From the IMG/VR virus record IMGVR_UViG_3300036760_000522, positions 124,001-188,000 of that record: a stretch of DNA of 64,000 nt. One strand, given 5' to 3'. This document shows, piece by piece, positions 7,555 through 16,974 of the stretch (positions within the stretch are counted from its first letter, which is position 1; each line of letters opens with the position of its first letter). Position numbers and translations under genes: made by a program. The notes beneath the pieces are model-generated. The model worked only from the letters and a program-made list of their open reading frames with translations. It did not search any database and was not told where the DNA came from.

Positions 7555-7848
7555 ATGACTACAGGTACTAATGGCCGAGTTCGTTTACAGCCGGAGCCAA
7601 ACGAAGACTTTGAACTAATCGCGGTCACCGTCGATGGTAGATCCTGGCTAAGTCGCGACAAGCTGCTCTGTGGGAACCCGAAGCGCCAACGCCGTGTTTG
7701 GTGTGTCCGTTTGGGTGTGACTGACGACGGACTTGCTCTTGGCGGCTGCTGTATATTTCACACTGAGCCTGAGGCACGCGAGAACTTTGCCCGTATAGCC
7801 CCGACCTTTTCCCAGGTCTTTGATCCCATTACTGGCGAAAGGCGTTGA
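7555..7848 (+). CDS. Hypothetical protein
   Basis: AGGAG upstream; first gene of a plus-strand cluster. Confidence 0.5.
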   Translation: MTTGTNGRVRLQPEPNEDFELIAVTVDGRSWLSRDKLLCGNPKRQRRVWCVRLGVTDDGLALGGCCIFHTEPEARENFARIAPTFSQVFDPITGERR

Positions 7849-7855
7849 GTTGCCA

Positions 7856-8260
7856 ATGAACACTTCACGCTTTCCGAACTTCCGGGAGTTCATGCTCCTC
7901 GCTAGCGAAATCGACATCAGCCGGCCTCCAGGGTTCTTGTCACAAACCTACTCTGCACGCCGATACGTCGAGTTGTATGACCTCGCCGAACGGGCTTGGA
8001 ACAGTTGCGGCGACCAAGGACCGAGGATTGATTCCATGGTCGTTGCCGTGACCAACGAGTTCATTTTCAACGAAGAAGCGGGCAAGCTCGTCGCCATGAC
8101 AGACACCCGCTTTACCTGTGGTGCACTGCTGCGCTTCAAAGGACCTGTGATAGGCTTTCCCCTCTTTGCGGTCCACCTCACAGGTACGGGCATGGACGCC
8201 TACGTCGAGTCAAAATATTGGTGGACCTACGTCCTACCACTTCAACCCAAATACCTCTGA
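7856..8260 (+). CDS. Hypothetical protein
   Basis: ORF with tight operon spacing. Confidence 0.55.
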   Translation: MNTSRFPNFREFMLLASEIDISRPPGFLSQTYSARRYVELYDLAERAWNSCGDQGPRIDSMVVAVTNEFIFNEEAGKLVAMTDTRFTCGALLRFKGPVIGFPLFAVHLTGTGMDAYVESKYWWTYVLPLQPKYL

Positions 8261-8286
8261 AAATCTCAAACACGAAAGAACCCACC

Positions 8287-9174
8287 ATGCGCGCCTTTGC
8301 CTCATCGTCGATCACATTCGGTCTCGTTTCGATCCCCGTCAAACTTTACGTCTCGGCCTCGGACGATCGCCCACACCTCAACATGCTCACCAAAGACGGG
8401 CACCGCGTCAAACAACAGATGCTCGATGCGGAAACCAGCCTACCTGTCGAACACAGTGAGTTGGATCGCGGCTACGAAGTCAGCAAGGGACAGTTCGTCC
8501 GAATCACCAAAGAGGAGCTTGCGTCGCTCGAGACCAAGGCCAACCAGGTTGTCGAGATCTTGGAATTCGTACCCATCGGCCATGTGGACTTCGTACAGTC
8601 TGAGAAGACCTACTACCTCAGTCCTGACAAGGGGGGAGACAAGGGCTACACGTTGCTCGCGGAAACCTTGGCCGTACAACAGGTGCAAGCAATCGCCAGA
8701 TGGACCAACCGCGGCAAGCAACACCTGGTCACCGTCCGAACCTACCGTGGAGGACTCGCACTCCAGGTGCTCTTCTACTCAAGTGAGGTACGCGACTTCG
8801 AGGAGGTTAAGGCCGCCAAAGTCGAAATCTCACAAGCTGAACGTGACTTGGCCAACCAACTCGTAGCGCACCTAACAAAGCCATCCTCTGACATCAGCCA
8901 GTACACAGATGAGTGCACGGCAACGCTGATGCGACTTGTCGACGCCAAAGTCGCCGGTCGTGAGATCGAAATCCCCCAAGCCTCCGGACAACCCGCCGTA
9001 CTCGACCTTTTTGATGCTCTCAAACGCAGCCTCGAAATCTCGGCGCAAAATACACCGAAACTCGCAAACGGGACACCGTCTGAAAAAATCAACGGCTCCT
9101 CACCGTCTCATGACAAGAACACCAACAAACCTAAATCAACCAAAAAATCAAAATCACACGCGCGTACGACTTGA
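8287..9174 (+). CDS. ku: Ku DNA end-binding protein
   Basis: ITFGLVSIPVKLY, RGYEVSKGQFV, EKTYYLSPDKGGDKGYTLL, DLFDALKRSL, basic tail. Confidence 0.95.
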   Translation: MRAFASSSITFGLVSIPVKLYVSASDDRPHLNMLTKDGHRVKQQMLDAETSLPVEHSELDRGYEVSKGQFVRITKEELASLETKANQVVEILEFVPIGHVDFVQSEKTYYLSPDKGGDKGYTLLAETLAVQQVQAIARWTNRGKQHLVTVRTYRGGLALQVLFYSSEVRDFEEVKAAKVEISQAERDLANQLVAHLTKPSSDISQYTDECTATLMRLVDAKVAGREIEIPQASGQPAVLDLFDALKRSLEISAQNTPKLANGTPSEKINGSSPSHDKNTNKPKSTKKSKSHARTT

Positions 9175-9199
9175 CACCCGTCGATAACATGTCTACTTT
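9171..9199 (+). promoter_or_regulatory. Sigma70 promoter
   Basis: TTGACA-N17-TACTTT. Confidence 0.65.
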
Positions 9200-9268
9200 T
9201 CGGACCGCGTTCAATCTTCAAAAGGAAGCTCACCTCCTCAAAGTGTGAGACTCGAACGCGGTCCGAAA
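9198..9268. repeat. 15-bp perfect inverted repeat enclosing two small hairpins
   Basis: TTTCGGACCGCGTTC (9198-9212) / GAACGCGGTCCGAAA (9254-9268). Confidence 0.85.
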
Positions 9269-9300
9269 CTCCCTGGAGTTCCAGGGAAGAGAAATTAAAG

Positions 9301-9897
9301 ATGCCGAAAGGTCATGAAAAACTCGCAGTCGCAGTCGTAGACGAATTGGTGAGACGCCTCACCAATTCCAGTTCCTCCGCGTCCGCGAGCCAAGAAACAC
9401 CACAAGAAGCAAAGCCTGTTCAACGTCGCGGACGAAAAAAAGCAGTAGTAACTGCTTCGCCCCCTGTTGCCTCAGAAAACGGAGAAGCCGCCAAACGCGG
9501 TCCCGGAAGACCGAAGACAAAGTCCCTCGCTGCGGCGTCTTCAGTTGCAGCGAAACCAGACGGTCGCAAGCGCGGTCGAAAGTTGTCCGATATCGAGGGA
9601 TCCGCTGCGTCAAAAACTCCAGGTCGAAAGCGTGCAGTTGATCCTGAAACGAACGGGCATTCAAAGAAATCGGGAGCGTTGTACAACCTGATGGTGCAAG
9701 CCATGTTGGCAGAAGGCAACAAGCCCATGAAAGCCACGGACGTTCTCGAGGCTCTTGCTAGCCAGGGACACAAAGTCACGGCTAGCAACCCGCGTAACTA
9801 CGTGAGCTTCCTACTGTCGAAGCGAGAAGACCTTTTCACCAAGGTCTCACACGGAGTCTATCAAGCAAAAAAAGGGACGAGGTCGGCGGAGGCGTAA
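9301..9897 (+). CDS. Histone-like basic DNA-binding protein (AT-hook plus C-terminal winged HTH)
   Basis: KRGPGRPK, RRGRKK, RKRGRK. The C-terminus KPMKATDVLEAL...YVSFLLSK..LFTKVSHGVY is wHTH-like. Confidence 0.75.
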   Translation: MPKGHEKLAVAVVDELVRRLTNSSSSASASQETPQEAKPVQRRGRKKAVVTASPPVASENGEAAKRGPGRPKTKSLAAASSVAAKPDGRKRGRKLSDIEGSAASKTPGRKRAVDPETNGHSKKSGALYNLMVQAMLAEGNKPMKATDVLEALASQGHKVTASNPRNYVSFLLSKREDLFTKVSHGVYQAKKGTRSAEA

Positions 9898-10009
9898 CCC
9901 CACCCACCGATCTAGAACCCAAACCGACGCCCCTCACAATCGACGAAGCGATGTCTATGTGGGGCGTCGGTGGCGGGGAAGAACCTGCGAAAGATGACCC
10001 TTTCGCCGT

Positions 10010-10522
10010 ATGAAAAGCCAAAGGCGACTCACACTCGCGGCTGAGTATGGGGAGAACATCCGGCGTACAACACGCGTAGATTGCCGCAGAAGTTGCTCCG
10101 CGTGTTGTAGTCACCCAGTCATCATCACTCTTGACGAAGCTGACGAGATCTACGAGTTTCTGCGTAGCAGAAGGCTCTGGACAGCTGCATTGAAGATCAG
10201 TCTTGAACAGACCTCGAAGCTCACTGCCGGTTTGAGCTTCGAGGTCTGGTTGTTAGCAGAGATTCAGTGTCCCCTGCTGGACGGCAGCGATCTTTGTAGC
10301 GTCTATCCAAAACGCCCCTTTCAATGCGCCGTCACATTCTCACGTGATCGTCGAGACTGTGAGCCGACGGTTCTCGGTCCTGGCTTGATCCCAAAGCTCG
10401 AAATCCTCGAGAAGCTTGAGAAGCTCGAAACTGATGCCGGGAATTACCGGAACATTTCGACGAGGCTACCGCTTGCAGCAGCTCTTTTGATCGCAGACAG
10501 TCGCCATTCTCATGAATCGTGA
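10010..10522 (+). CDS. YkgJ-family cysteine cluster protein
   Basis: CRRSCSACC...CPLL...CSVYPKRPFQC. Confidence 0.9.
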   Translation: MKSQRRLTLAAEYGENIRRTTRVDCRRSCSACCSHPVIITLDEADEIYEFLRSRRLWTAALKISLEQTSKLTAGLSFEVWLLAEIQCPLLDGSDLCSVYPKRPFQCAVTFSRDRRDCEPTVLGPGLIPKLEILEKLEKLETDAGNYRNISTRLPLAAALLIADSRHSHES

Positions 10523-10817
10523 CTTCAATCAGTGTTGTATCTGTCTGCGGGCTTGTCGAGGACCTGAAGCCCACGTCATCAATCTCACGCGCGACGAACA
10601 AGCGTACCTCAAAAAGTCCACGGGCATAACGACGCCCGCCAGTTTCATTTATTGTCAACCTTGTTGGCGTGTCCTGTCTGATCCTGTAACCGGGATACAG
10701 TTTTTCACAAACCACTTCCAAAAGCTTGTGAAAGCGATGGGTGTTGCCAAGCCAGAGGTGCATGCCAACGCGTACCGGGACAGACTTTACAAATTGATGC
10801 GGAGGAACAGCAACTGA
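10512..10817 (+). CDS. Hypothetical Zn-binding protein
   Basis: CCIC...CQPC; overlaps both neighbours. Confidence 0.65.
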   Translation: MNRDFNQCCICLRACRGPEAHVINLTRDEQAYLKKSTGITTPASFIYCQPCWRVLSDPVTGIQFFTNHFQKLVKAMGVAKPEVHANAYRDRLYKLMRRNSN

Positions 10818-11947
10818 TGATCGACAAGAATCGACTACGAGACATCAAGCGCATCATCACACACGCGCACTGCTCGGATGGGGTAGCGTCTGCCATGATC
10901 CTCCTCGACGCATTGCCTGAAGCGACAGTGGAGTTCGTCCAGTACGGCACAAAAGAGCACAAAGAGCTCGAGGCCACACCAAACACAATCTTTTGCGACT
11001 TTTCCCCTCCTAGAGAACGTGTCGACGAGTTCTTGGCAGCTGAGACTATCGTGCTCGACCACCACAAAGGTGCCCCCGTAGAACGATTCGTGGAAGCAGG
11101 CCTGGGGGACTTCGTCCCAGAAACCCCAGGAGTCTCTGGTGCCAGTCTCGCCTACGCGGACGTTTGGGTGCCCCTCAGAAACCCAAACGATACGCCGAAT
11201 TTCTTTACACGCCTAGCAGTGCTCGCTGCAACCTACGACACTTGGCAAACAGACAGCCAGGACTGGGACGAAGCCTGTGATGTGGCTGAGTGCCTAAGAT
11301 TCTGGCCGTGGTCGTATATCGAAGACAAAGTCAAAAAATCGTCTTTCTTCGGTTCTTCCCCGCCACCACAGACGCTGACATGGGAGGATCTGTTCGAGGT
11401 CGGTCCCCACCTCAGCAAACTGTCAGATGTGGACTCCGTGACACTGTCCAAAAACGCTTTTCGTGTCACCAGCAAGCGGGAGCGGAAGGTCGCCATCGTT
11501 CCAACGACAGGTGCCAAGCTAAACAAGGTGGCACACCATGATCAAGGCAATGCAGATCTCGTCATAGGCTTCAGTTACAACATCGAACCGGACTCCGTAA
11601 AGCAAATCTGTTCATGCCGGACCAAAACAGATTTCGATTGTCACGCGTTCGCGCTTGCCATGGGCGGTGGAGGACACACCAAAGCCGCAGGGTTTTCAAT
11701 ACCTGTGGATGTAACCCACAAAGACCCGATAACTGTCATCCGACGCATGTTGGGACTCTACGAAGAAGTTGAAGACCTGTGGAAGGCCAAGATCAAAGAG
11801 CCACACTTCACAGAGAATTATCCAAGACCCCAACAAGCTTTCGCGCATCTGCTACTAGTACAGATACCGGGGCTCCGGAATGCACCCGAAGTGCTCAAAC
11901 TGTTTTTCCCAGAGGGAACTCCCGATCCAAGTCACCAGAACAAATGA
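10817..11947 (+). CDS. DHH-family phosphoesterase with DHHA1 domain
   Basis: HAHCSDG, CDFS, LDHH, SGASLA, GGGGHTKAAG. Confidence 0.92.
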   Translation: MIDKNRLRDIKRIITHAHCSDGVASAMILLDALPEATVEFVQYGTKEHKELEATPNTIFCDFSPPRERVDEFLAAETIVLDHHKGAPVERFVEAGLGDFVPETPGVSGASLAYADVWVPLRNPNDTPNFFTRLAVLAATYDTWQTDSQDWDEACDVAECLRFWPWSYIEDKVKKSSFFGSSPPPQTLTWEDLFEVGPHLSKLSDVDSVTLSKNAFRVTSKRERKVAIVPTTGAKLNKVAHHDQGNADLVIGFSYNIEPDSVKQICSCRTKTDFDCHAFALAMGGGGHTKAAGFSIPVDVTHKDPITVIRRMLGLYEEVEDLWKAKIKEPHFTENYPRPQQAFAHLLLVQIPGLRNAPEVLKLFFPEGTPDPSHQNK

Positions 11948-12113
11948 TAGAGAGACGGCGGAGCACCCGATCTGTCTTTCCCTGTTGCAACGCTTCCTGC
12001 AACATCCTCTGTCGAGGGTCATTGATCTTGCGAGCCCGCTCGAGTGCTTGACGAGCGAGACGGTTCCAGTCGACAACGCTTCGTGTCATTCTCTCAACAT
12101 CTGACAGGTTCAA
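11895..12113 (-). CDS. Hypothetical protein
   Basis: Helical-looking ORF convergent with the DHH gene. Confidence 0.35.
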   Translation of the reverse strand: MNLSDVERMTRSVVDWNRLARQALERARKINDPRQRMLQEALQQGKTDRVLRRLSIICSGDLDREFPLGKTV

Positions 12114-12210
12114 ACTTGACTAAAGGCGCAAAGCTACCATTGAGTGGCGAGACTAACTCAGTCATTTCCTATTGGCAACTTCGAAGATCCGTCCTTTTTA
12201 AGACAAAGAT

Positions 12211-12621
12211 TCATTGAGCAAACGGCGGCTGTCCGCGAAAAGCTGTATAGAACGGAATGCTCGCAGCCATTTGGTTTATCTGTGACATCTCCTCGTCCCC
12301 TTGATACGTCGTTGGGAGACGCGGGGTCGTTGCGGCAAGTGTTCGCAAGTGAGCGTCGCTTGTCACCCGCAAAAGGTCTTCTCTCGCGTGCTCATCCCTC
12401 TGCAAAATGAAAACGATCATATCGTCATCCAGATTGTCGAGAGTACAGATCCCTCCGGTGCCGTCGGGGGCTATCCCTTCGACCCAAACGTTGTTGTTGC
12501 GGTCTAGGTCGCACTTCGTCGGCTGAGGACCTGGATCTTCTTCAGGAAGGCAACAATCAGTTGGGATCGAGTCTTCGAGCGTGGGTAACGTGTTGCAGTC
12601 TTCGAGCGTGGGTAGTGACAT
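12211..12621 (-). CDS. Hypothetical acidic Cys-containing protein
   Basis: GAGG RBS; N-terminal LPTLED occurs twice. Confidence 0.65.
   Translation of the reverse strand: MSLPTLEDCNTLPTLEDSIPTDCCLPEEDPGPQPTKCDLDRNNNVWVEGIAPDGTGGICTLDNLDDDMIVFILQRDEHAREDLLRVTSDAHLRTLAATTPRLPTTYQGDEEMSQINQMAASIPFYTAFRGQPPFAQ
12570..12614. repeat. 18-bp direct repeat, 27-bp period, in frame
   Basis: AGTCTTCGAGCGTGGGTA at 12570-12587 and 12597-12614. Confidence 0.85.
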
Positions 12622-12651
12622 GGGTGGATCCTCTCATAACACACGCTCAAT

Positions 12652-13398
12652 GTGACAGCAAGTCTCCGCGTTGCAGCAGTTCAGTTTGCGCCGGCCTTCG
12701 AGCGACCGAACCGGAATCTCACGACAGCTGTCCAGTTGGTTACTCAAGCCATCCGTGAAGGAGCAAAGCTCATCACGTTGCCTGAGCTGTGCACAACAGG
12801 CTACAGCTTCATGGACTACGAACATGCAGCCAGATTTGCGGAGGACTTGTCCGGACCTGAGACGTCAAGCTCCATGGCGATTTTCAAAGAGATCTGCCAT
12901 CGCTACGATGTCGCCATCGCCTACGGCACCCCAGAACGTGATCCAGGAACACACAAGCTCTACAACAGTCAAGTCTTGATCACGCCGAATCTCTGGTGTG
13001 TTTTCCGCAAAATTAACCTGTGGGCCAATGACTACCTTTGGGCGACGGAGGGATCGGAACCGCCTGCCATTCTTGAGTTTGGTGGTCGGAGAGTCGGAAC
13101 TCTGATCTGTCGGGACATCCGAGATAAGTCCGACGACGTGGCCAGCTTCTACGAAAAGGGTGACGCGGACGTCGTTTGTTTCAGTTCCAACTTTGGCAAA
13201 GGAGGATTTCCAGCGGTCAGTTGGATCCGGTTTGCCAAGAACAACAAGGTGTGGCTTCTCGTTTCGAATCGCTACGGACTCGAACAGAACAACGACTTTG
13301 GACACGGCGGGATCTGCATCGTCAACCCCGAAGGACAAGTCTCCTGTCGAGGACTCAAGTGGAACCAACCATGTGTCGTGACAGCCGACATCCCGTGA
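12652..13398 (+). CDS. Carbon-nitrogen hydrolase (nitrilase superfamily)
   Basis: RVAAVQF and the catalytic triad in LPELCTTGY, FRK, LICRD. Confidence 0.93.
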   Translation: MTASLRVAAVQFAPAFERPNRNLTTAVQLVTQAIREGAKLITLPELCTTGYSFMDYEHAARFAEDLSGPETSSSMAIFKEICHRYDVAIAYGTPERDPGTHKLYNSQVLITPNLWCVFRKINLWANDYLWATEGSEPPAILEFGGRRVGTLICRDIRDKSDDVASFYEKGDADVVCFSSNFGKGGFPAVSWIRFAKNNKVWLLVSNRYGLEQNNDFGHGGICIVNPEGQVSCRGLKWNQPCVVTADIP

Positions 13399-13399
13399 C

Positions 13400-13825
13400 T
13401 CACAGAAATTGCTGCTCCCAAGTTTTGATTTTTGGGCCTTTGTACCGTCGATGTGTGATGGGTGTTTCCGACGCTAGCATCACATACGTTGGGACTTGCT
13501 TGGGCTTAATACCGTCGCGGTACTTGACCTCGTAGTGATCATCTTTCCACACAATGATCGCGCGACCCTCTTGGTGGAGCATAGTCTCCAAAACGTCAAG
13601 CGAAACGTCGGAACGGAAACGCACGAAATTGATCGTCGCCAGCGAAGTGACTCCGTAAACATACAATGACAAGAATCGCTGTTCCGCATTGGCGGCGTGT
13701 ATCATGATGTGTTCCACCACCTTGTGTGGAGTCTCATAAGACCTGATCTCGACAGCCGCGTAAGCCACTGCGTTCTCACGTCTCAAACGGCGAGCGGTGA
13801 ACCACTTGCGTATCCGGGTCAACAT
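13400..13825 (-). CDS. Hypothetical protein
   Basis: Last gene of the minus-strand replication cluster. Confidence 0.55.
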   Translation of the reverse strand: MLTRIRKWFTARRLRRENAVAYAAVEIRSYETPHKVVEHIMIHAANAEQRFLSLYVYGVTSLATINFVRFRSDVSLDVLETMLHQEGRAIIVWKDDHYEVKYRDGIKPKQVPTYVMLASETPITHRRYKGPKIKTWEQQFL

Positions 13826-14876
13826 CCAATGGATAGGAACGTACAGAAGTAGGTCCGTGTAACCAAACCCGCCAATGGACTTTTGCGTAAACCGCCCACA
13901 CACTGCCGGACTCTCTGGAAGATACCGAGTAGGAATCGATCTTCACACGGCCCGCACTCGGGGAAAGCGAGACAGTTTGCGCACCAACTACAGGCAATAC
14001 ACGGTTCAGCGGATTTTTCTGTAGCAAGACCGATACAGCTTCCGGCGGAGCAATCCAGAATCCAGGGCCAGAATCCGAACTTACGGAAGGTAAGCCAGGT
14101 ATGACCGAGATCAAACGCGCCATTTCCCGCAACACGCCAGCGGCTAAGCTGGCGCGTGTGTTGGACGCGTGTTGGTGCACGACAGACAAAGCAAGTAAGT
14201 CGCTGATCCCGAAATCCGTGCCGGAGACGGTCTGGCCGCTCACAGAGGGCTCTGTGTCAGGCTCAGTCGTGACCGGTTGGAGCCTAGACCAGAACTCCCT
14301 CAAAATGCCTCTGGCAGAGTCTAGGAGGGCGGTCGGGTCCAACTGTCCAATGGCTGTGGCGATAGCTTGCCGGCCATTTCTCGAGAGTATGAGTAGACGG
14401 GTATCGAGACCAGAAATTCCAAGACGGGCGGAAAAGAAGTCAATCGCGCCTTTCTCCCGCCCCCGATCAGAGAACCAGAGGGTTAGGGCTGCCTCTACCT
14501 CTGGTTTCAGCCTCGGAAGCCCGATGCCGAGCCTACCGTTCTCACGCATGACTCGAGGCTGTTCCTCGAGATAGGACGGATCTAGTGCTCCGATTGCGTA
14601 ACCTGTCTCGGTTGACGAGAGGATGATCCGATCGCCGGCCTGCAAAACCTCTTCGGCTAAGTACTGAGCCGTGATTTGAGGATCGTGAATGTCCTCACAC
14701 AGCTCTAACTGTCCTTGTATTTCCGTCGTGAGCTGCTCAAGTGATTTGGTTGCGGCTTCATACAGAAGGTACGGACGCGCCTTGAGTATCGATCGGGCTG
14801 CCAACAAATCCGGAGGAATCGGCCGGACAGTCATCGCAAGGGATCGTATCGGTGTTTCTTTCGACAATTGATCCAT
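13776..14876 (-). CDS. Hypothetical protein
   Basis: 366-aa ORF within the operon. Confidence 0.65.
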   Translation of the reverse strand: MDQLSKETPIRSLAMTVRPIPPDLLAARSILKARPYLLYEAATKSLEQLTTEIQGQLELCEDIHDPQITAQYLAEEVLQAGDRIILSSTETGYAIGALDPSYLEEQPRVMRENGRLGIGLPRLKPEVEAALTLWFSDRGREKGAIDFFSARLGISGLDTRLLILSRNGRQAIATAIGQLDPTALLDSARGILREFWSRLQPVTTEPDTEPSVSGQTVSGTDFGISDLLALSVVHQHASNTRASLAAGVLREMARLISVIPGLPSVSSDSGPGFWIAPPEAVSVLLQKNPLNRVLPVVGAQTVSLSPSAGRVKIDSYSVSSRESGSVWAVYAKVHWRVWLHGPTSVRSYPLDVDPDTQVVHRSPFET

Positions 14877-16410
14877 TACTGTCTCCTTCTAGCGACGACG
14901 CGTATCTGGCTCGAACACCGTCTCTTGAAATCGGATCGTACCCGATCCACTCGTGCAGCGCCTCAGCCTCACGAGAAAAAGCGCGTAGCAGCCTTGGTCT
15001 GTTGGTCAACGCCACTCCTACCTCATAAATGAGGTAGGAGTGCTTTAGGTAGGATTGCAACAAGGCGTCGTTGATAGATTGCTCGATCTCACTGCCTACA
15101 AGCCCGTGTGCGGCTTGCATCAGTTCGCTGCATTCTATGCTCGTGAGCTTCGAAGATGTGTGTTTGCGAAGATGGATATTCAGGATCTCCAGACATTCAG
15201 CAGGCGTTGGCGGACCAAAGAAAAACCGCTCATTACTGCGTCGAACGAAAGCAACAGGCAATGCTGCCATGTTGTTGACCGTGAATACAAAGCACAGCGG
15301 GGCTTTAGTCTCTTGTAGCCAGGTAGCGAACCGGGCATGCATACGCGAGGTAGTTCCCGCATCACTGTACGTCGATGACGGATCACCTGACAGGTTTCTT
15401 TCGGCTTCATCGATCCAAACCAAAGCAGGTGCAGACGCTTCCAGAATGTCAATTGCCTTGCGAACGTTCGATTCAGAATCCCCGAGTCCTCGTTCGCGTA
15501 AACGTCCGAAATCGAGTTCGAACAAGGGTAATTCCCAACAACCTGCAAGAGCGCGCACGGATAGACTTTTTCCACACCCCCAGAAACCAAGCAGGATCAA
15601 CCCGCGAGGCGGAACAAGTCCTTGTTTCTGCCCTTCAGGCGACCAAGTTGTTTTCTGATCCTGAGCCCACGATTTGAACCGATCGGCTCCGCCCAAATCA
15701 TCTAAAGACGCAACGTCTTTGACCAACGTCACAAGTCCGGTCGTCAGAAGGCGACGACTCTTCAGTTGAGTCACGTATTGCAGGTCAACCCGTGACTCGG
15801 GTACTGTAGAAGCAACGCTCTGACCAATGGCGGAACGGATCTCGTACGTCGACATGTCGCGAAACAGTGAAAGATCCGCAGGCGGCTCGACCTTGTGCTC
15901 TCGACAGATGCGGCCCACGAGGTTCTCCAGTCGCCGCTTGCTGATCCCCGGATCACGAACGACTTGAAGGTACCTTTCTAACGAACCCGGGATCGTGATC
16001 CTTGGTCCAAGAAAAATCACTGTCACACCAACCTTCGAAGCGTGGTTGCATACGTGAATGAGATCCAGGATCAGACGAACAATTAGCGCATCTCGAAACA
16101 GCCGCTCAGGATCTGTGAAAATCCAGTAACTCGCCTCCTGAACCAAAGGACGGATCTTTCTGAGAGCCTTGTCCGCGTCCTTTGTGGTTGGCTCAGCCTT
16201 GAAGGTCGTCGGCTCATGCCAACTTTTGAGCGCTGACACCAAGTTGACGAGGCCCATCGCCGGAGAGTAGAGATTGGCTTGCTCTGGTTTGTCCTTGAAA
16301 AGTTTCCCGAAATCTAACAGGAAACGATCTTCTTCGTCCGTCACGTAGTAGAGGAACCGGTTTCCCGCACATCGGTGGAAGTCCAGATCCGCTGACAAGC
16401 CAGTAGACAT
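14758..16410 (-). CDS. Ycf46/SpoVK-like AAA+ ATPase
   Basis: Walker A GFWGCGKS, Walker B LVWIDEAE, TVNN, RRSNERFF. Confidence 0.9.
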   Translation of the reverse strand: MSTGLSADLDFHRCAGNRFLYYVTDEEDRFLLDFGKLFKDKPEQANLYSPAMGLVNLVSALKSWHEPTTFKAEPTTKDADKALRKIRPLVQEASYWIFTDPERLFRDALIVRLILDLIHVCNHASKVGVTVIFLGPRITIPGSLERYLQVVRDPGISKRRLENLVGRICREHKVEPPADLSLFRDMSTYEIRSAIGQSVASTVPESRVDLQYVTQLKSRRLLTTGLVTLVKDVASLDDLGGADRFKSWAQDQKTTWSPEGQKQGLVPPRGLILLGFWGCGKSLSVRALAGCWELPLFELDFGRLRERGLGDSESNVRKAIDILEASAPALVWIDEAERNLSGDPSSTYSDAGTTSRMHARFATWLQETKAPLCFVFTVNNMAALPVAFVRRSNERFFFGPPTPAECLEILNIHLRKHTSSKLTSIECSELMQAAHGLVGSEIEQSINDALLQSYLKHSYLIYEVGVALTNRPRLLRAFSREAEALHEWIGYDPISRDGVRARYASSLEGDSNGSIVERNTDTIPCDDCPADSSGFVGSPIDTQGASVPSV

Positions 16411-16439
16411 CCTTCAGTTCCCAGTCCCAAAACACCGAA

Positions 16440-16970
16440 TCACTGAAACCTAATCTTGGCTCCAGGTTTCACAATCCGCTCATTGCTCTTGGTGGGGGCT
16501 TCCCACGGATCAATCTTGACGCTCGGCGTTGTTGGCGGCGTGCCGATCATTTGGCCTTGCCGCACGGGAGTGTTGTAACTAGGGATCCGTGCAACCTGGT
16601 CAAGGTCGGTCATTGGAACCTGCACAACAGGTTCAGGTTCCGAAACGTCAGTACGCACAATTGGTTCAGGAATCGAGATAGTCGTCGTGGAAGGGACTTC
16701 CCTAGGATCCACCCACTCAGTTCTGGGCTGCTCGACCTCGATAAAATGCTTGGCCGTGATTTCAGAGTACCGGCTATCGTCTTGGGACATGCGAGACACC
16801 CCTGTAAAGAGACGGCTCTCCCAGGAGAGGACGCGCTGATCAAATCTGGATCTTCCGTGTTGGCTGCGAGAGCACTCCGCCTGCTGACAACGAGAACAAA
16901 ACTGCAACATGAAGTCCTCGTGAGGGACATTGTGGTCGTTGCAAAGCCGGAGGTAGTCTTGCTTCGACAT
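16440..16970 (-). CDS. Hypothetical protein (Cys-containing N-terminus, Pro-rich C-terminus)
   Basis: C..FCSRC...C; lies directly downstream of polA. Confidence 0.7.
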   Translation of the reverse strand: MSKQDYLRLCNDHNVPHEDFMLQFCSRCQQAECSRSQHGRSRFDQRVLSWESRLFTGVSRMSQDDSRYSEITAKHFIEVEQPRTEWVDPREVPSTTTISIPEPIVRTDVSEPEPVVQVPMTDLDQVARIPSYNTPVRQGQMIGTPPTTPSVKIDPWEAPTKSNERIVKPGAKIRFQ

Positions 16971-16974
16971 GGCG

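Noticed and set aside
7470-12175. TTCCTATTG at ~7474 (minus) and ~12166 (plus) as a late-promoter motif
   Set aside because: There are too few instances, one lacks a nearby downstream gene, and another copy lies inside a CDS.
12570-12614. Tandem repeat as a regulatory or CRISPR element
   Set aside because: There are only two copies, and they form an in-frame coding duplication (LPTLED).
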